Assembly: GCA_965261595.1 (NCBI GenBank)
Contig: CBDHDG010000004.1
Span: 288,001 to 352,000 of the forward strand
Source: a bacterium
GTDB taxonomy: Bacteria; UBA8248; JACPRG01; G963555815
DNA: 64,000 bases
Reading direction: 5' to 3'
How positions within the stretch are numbered: position 1 is the first letter of the stretch; each line of letters begins with the position of its first letter. The notes beneath the pieces were generated by a model that saw nothing but the letters and a program-made list of their open reading frames with translations, had not been told where the DNA came from and did not search any database. This document shows, piece by piece, positions 61,056 through 64,000 of this stretch. The position numbers were made by a program, and so were the translations under genes.

Positions 61056-62193
61056 ATGATCACCAAGGAGGCCAGCCTTTCGCCGCAAGAGCGCGACCGG
61101 CGGCATCGCGCCCTGCGCGAGGCGATGGCCGGGGCCGGCTACGATGTCCTGCTCTTCGCCTCGCTGGGGCATGACAACCAGCGCGGCCCGGTCCGTTACG
61201 TCTCGAATTGGCGGAGCCCCACGTTCTCCGACTACGCCCTCCTGCCGCTCGAGGGGGAGATGACCCTTTGCACGCATTACCCGAAATACGTCGACCTCGC
61301 CCGGGGGCGTTGCGGCGTCGAGAAGGCGGTGGCCACCCCCTACGGCCAGGAGGATTCGGCCGTCATCGTGAAGCTACTGGCCGACTGGGGGGCGAAGCGT
61401 CTGGGTCTCGTCAGTCCGGCGACGATGTCGGCCGCGTTCCACCAGTCCCTCCTCGCGGCCCTCCCCTCCGGCGTGGAGACGGCGGACGCCACCGAATCTG
61501 TTCGAAGCGGTCCGGTGCATCAAGAGCGACGAGGAGTTCGGGCTGATTGGAGAGGCCGTCCGGCTCGGCGACCTCGCTTTCGAGACCTTCTGCGAAGCCG
61601 TCGCGCCCGGGCGCAAGGAGTACGAAGTCCTGGCGGACGTCGAGCACGTCCTCCGCCTCGAAGGGGCCGAGGAGGTCTTTTTCATCGTCGGCTCGGGCGA
61701 GCGACCCGTCAACCGCTTCTGGGACATGGCCGACCGGACGCTTGAAAAGGGCGACGCGGTCATCTTCTGCATCGAGCACTGCGCCTCGGGCGGGTACTGG
61801 AGCCAATTCATCCGGACCGTCACCCTCGGACCTGCCAGGGAGGAAGTCCTGCGGACGTACGAGGTCCTGCACCGTGCGCTTCAGCGGGCCGAGGAGACGC
61901 TGAAGCCGGGCGTACTGGCCCGCGACGTCGCCCGGGCCGTCACAGAGACCGTCGCCGCCGCCGGGCTGAAAGAGGGGAACCATCCGGGCCACGGCCAGGG
62001 ACTCGACATCGTGGAGGCGCCCTTCCTCGGTCCGACGAACGAGACCCCGCTGGCGGCGGGGATGCACATGATCCTTCATCCCCATACGGCGTTTCCGGAG
62101 GGCGGAGGCCTTTGGGTGGGCGACCCGTACCGGGTGACGCCCTCCGGGGCCGAGCGCCTGAGCGTCTCGCCCCAGGATTTGCGCGAGATCTAG
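61056..62193 (+). pseudogene. M24 (creatinase/aminopeptidase P)-fold protein, frameshift near 61497 (possible error)
   Basis: ERDRRHRALREAM, (L)FEAVRCIKSDEE after the shift, GHGQGLDIVEAP, ERLS. Confidence 0.8.
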
Positions 62194-62436
62194 CGTCGTG
62201 TCTCAGAAATAACCTAACGAATTCTGAAGCTCCTCAGAGAGCGTGCCACTGGCGGCTTGCCCGCCAGTGCCTCATTATTTTTCGCGAAAGCCAAAGGGCA
62301 TCCCGCCGTCGGAAACTCCGTGCCCCCATCTCATTGCGGGGTTGCTCCATGGCGGCACTGGCAGACAAGCTGCCAGTGGCGTCCTCGCTTGGAAGAGGCA
62401 AAACAGACGTCACGTATTTGTGGGACACGACACCAG
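62190..62436. mobile_element. MITE-like element with imperfect terminal inverted repeats
   Basis: gcgtcgtgtctcagaaata (62193-62211) vs tatttgtgggacacgacac (62415-62433), 16/19 match; CTAG and CCAG at the ends. Confidence 0.6.
62245..62380. repeat. Inverted pair of 27-nt REP-like palindromes (REPIN-like doublet)
   Basis: gccactggcggcttgcccgccagtgcc and ggcactggcagacaagctgccagtggc; 3 differences, 2 of them compensatory. Confidence 0.85.
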
Positions 62437-62480
62437 CGTAGTTTCTCCAAATGGAATTGACATTTCAGAAATTCCAGAGA

Positions 62481-62506
62481 AGGTGGGCAGGATGCCCGCC
62501 CTACCT
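62481..62506 (-). repeat. GTAG-type REP-like palindrome
   Basis: Minus strand reads aggtag-ggcgggc-atcct-gcccacc. Confidence 0.55.
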
Positions 62507-62668
62507 CCGTTTGAATACACCGGCTTTTCACCGTTCAGTGGGCCGGGCGTTTGGGTCGGTTGACCCCTTGCCCGGCCGGAAGACGACGATGGCTCGGGCG
62601 GGCGATGGGGTTTCGTGTCGCGGGGTGTTTCAGGCTTGACCCAAGGCTTCCCGGATGGGAGACTTAAT

Positions 62669-64000
62669 CCCGCATTTCCCATATGGATGATAATTTTTAA
62701 CGCCCCGAAGGCCGTTTTCTCGTGTAAAATTAAGGTGTTGGCCTCTCCCTGCCATCATCTTGCGAGGGGACCCAATGGGTGAAGCGAAAAAGAGGCCGTT
62801 GAGGCTCCAATTCGACGGTCGGCTCAGGCTGGAGTTTCATGGAGCAAAGGTTACGAGTGACGCCGGTTTGCTTGCCTATCGTGAACTGGATGAGGTGTTG
62901 GGGCTAACGAAGGCGGCCGAGGGGTTTCTGTCCGATTCACGGACGGGCGGGAACACCCGGCACAGCCTCACCGCTTTGGTGCGCCAGTCGGTCTACAGCC
63001 GCCTGGCAGGATATAAAGACACCAATGATGCCGAGCGGCTCTGTGTCGATCCCGCCATGCGTCAGGTGGTTGGGGGGCGAGCGAAGTATCACACCGCTGC
63101 CTCCACCAGCCAGATGAGCCGATTCGAGACGCAGACCCTCACCCGGCCCCTTAACCCCTCAAGGCGCTGAGCGGTCTGCCCGGTGTGTTGGTGGATCGTG
63201 TCCGCAAACGCAAGCCGATTCGCAAGCTGATCCTGGACATGGACAGTTCGGTCAGCCCGACCCACGGTGAGCAGGAAGGCTCTTCCTACAACGGCCACTT
63301 CGGCTGCACCTGCTATCACCCACTGTTTTGCTTCAACCAGTTTGGCGATCTGGAGCGGGCGCTGTTGCGCAACGGCAAGGTCCACAGCGCTGATGACTGG
63401 CGGTCTGTATTGGAGCCGGTGGTAGCTCGCTACCGGGATGCGAAGGTCTGTCGGTTTTTTCGAGGCGACGCGGCATTTGCCAAGCCGGAGGTGTACCGAT
63501 ACCTTGAGGCGGAGGGCTACTCCTATGCGATTCGGCTTCCGGCCAACGCCATCTTGTACAGGGACATCGAATACCTTCTGACCCGGCCGGTTGGCCGACC
63601 GCCCAAAAGGCCCATTATCTTCTACCACAGCGTCTCCCCTATCAGGCGGCTAGTTGGGAGAAGCCTCGCCGGGTGGTGGTGGCGGTCGAGTGGCACCAGG
63701 GCGAGTTGTTTCCAAGAGTCAGCTTCATCGTGACCAACCTGCACTGGCGGGAAGAGAACGTCGTGAGGTTCTACAACCAGCGTGGGACGGCGGAGCAGTG
63801 GATCAAGGAGGGCAAGTACGCCCTGAACTGGACGCGCCTGTCCTGCCACGGCTTTGAAGAGAACCAGGTTCGCTTGCAACTATTTGCCTTGGCGTACAAC
63901 CTGGCAAACTTCCTGCGGCGGCTGGCGTTGCCCAGAGCGGTGAAGCACTGGTCGCTGACGACGTTACGCGAGAAGCTGATTAAGATTGGGGCCAAGGTGG
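62669..64000 (+). mobile_element. IS1380-family insertion sequence, runs off the window; transposase from 62775 with two frameshifts
   Basis: [67 protein letters not shown]; shifts at C-runs near 63155 and 63637; left end tentatively cccgcatttcccatatg. Confidence 0.92.

Noticed and set aside
63150..63640. Programmed frameshifting in the IS1380 transposase
   Set aside because: IS1380 transposases are single ORFs and the breaks are in short C-runs without a slippery heptamer
1..64000. tRNA-Sec, selA/selB/selD, rRNA or tRNA genes; taxonomic assignment
   Set aside because: None recognised in this window, and there is no marker gene to support a taxon call

Overview
High-GC bacterial catabolic/accessory region of about 50 genes; no rRNA, tRNA or CRISPR array seen. 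Main result: a glycine/sarcosine/betaine-reductase-like cluster (43245-47838, grdE-grdB-grdA-grdC order) in which two genes that the ORF track splits are single selenoproteins read through in-frame UGA codons (45577-45579, 46054-46056). Each UGA is followed by a hairpin whose G-containing loop starts after the same 17-nt spacer. The cluster is non-canonical: the GrdE processing site is altered, GrdC lacks its C-terminal tail, and no grdD or thioredoxin genes are adjacent, so substrate and product may differ from known Stickland reductases. Other modules: a 2-furoate (hmfDEABC-like) CoA-dependent molybdenum hydroxylase cluster with a divergent UbiD decarboxylase; a second, paralogous Mo-hydroxylase operon; a Rieske ferredoxin plus amidohydrolase-fold pair resembling dinuclear oxygenases; an SdhA/NadB-like flavoprotein with altered catalytic motifs and a stand-alone 2Fe-2S partner; a low-GC divergent tryptophan-dioxygenase-like gene; hydantoinase A/B; two LLM oxidoreductases; two NitT/TauT ABC systems; a decayed ThDP dehydrogenase E1 pair; a desaturase plus DEAD-box helicase; REP/MITE-like palindromes; and an IS1380 transposase. 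Several genes carry single small frameshifts, often in low-complexity runs, which may be sequencing errors. All family calls come from motif recognition by eye, not database searches.
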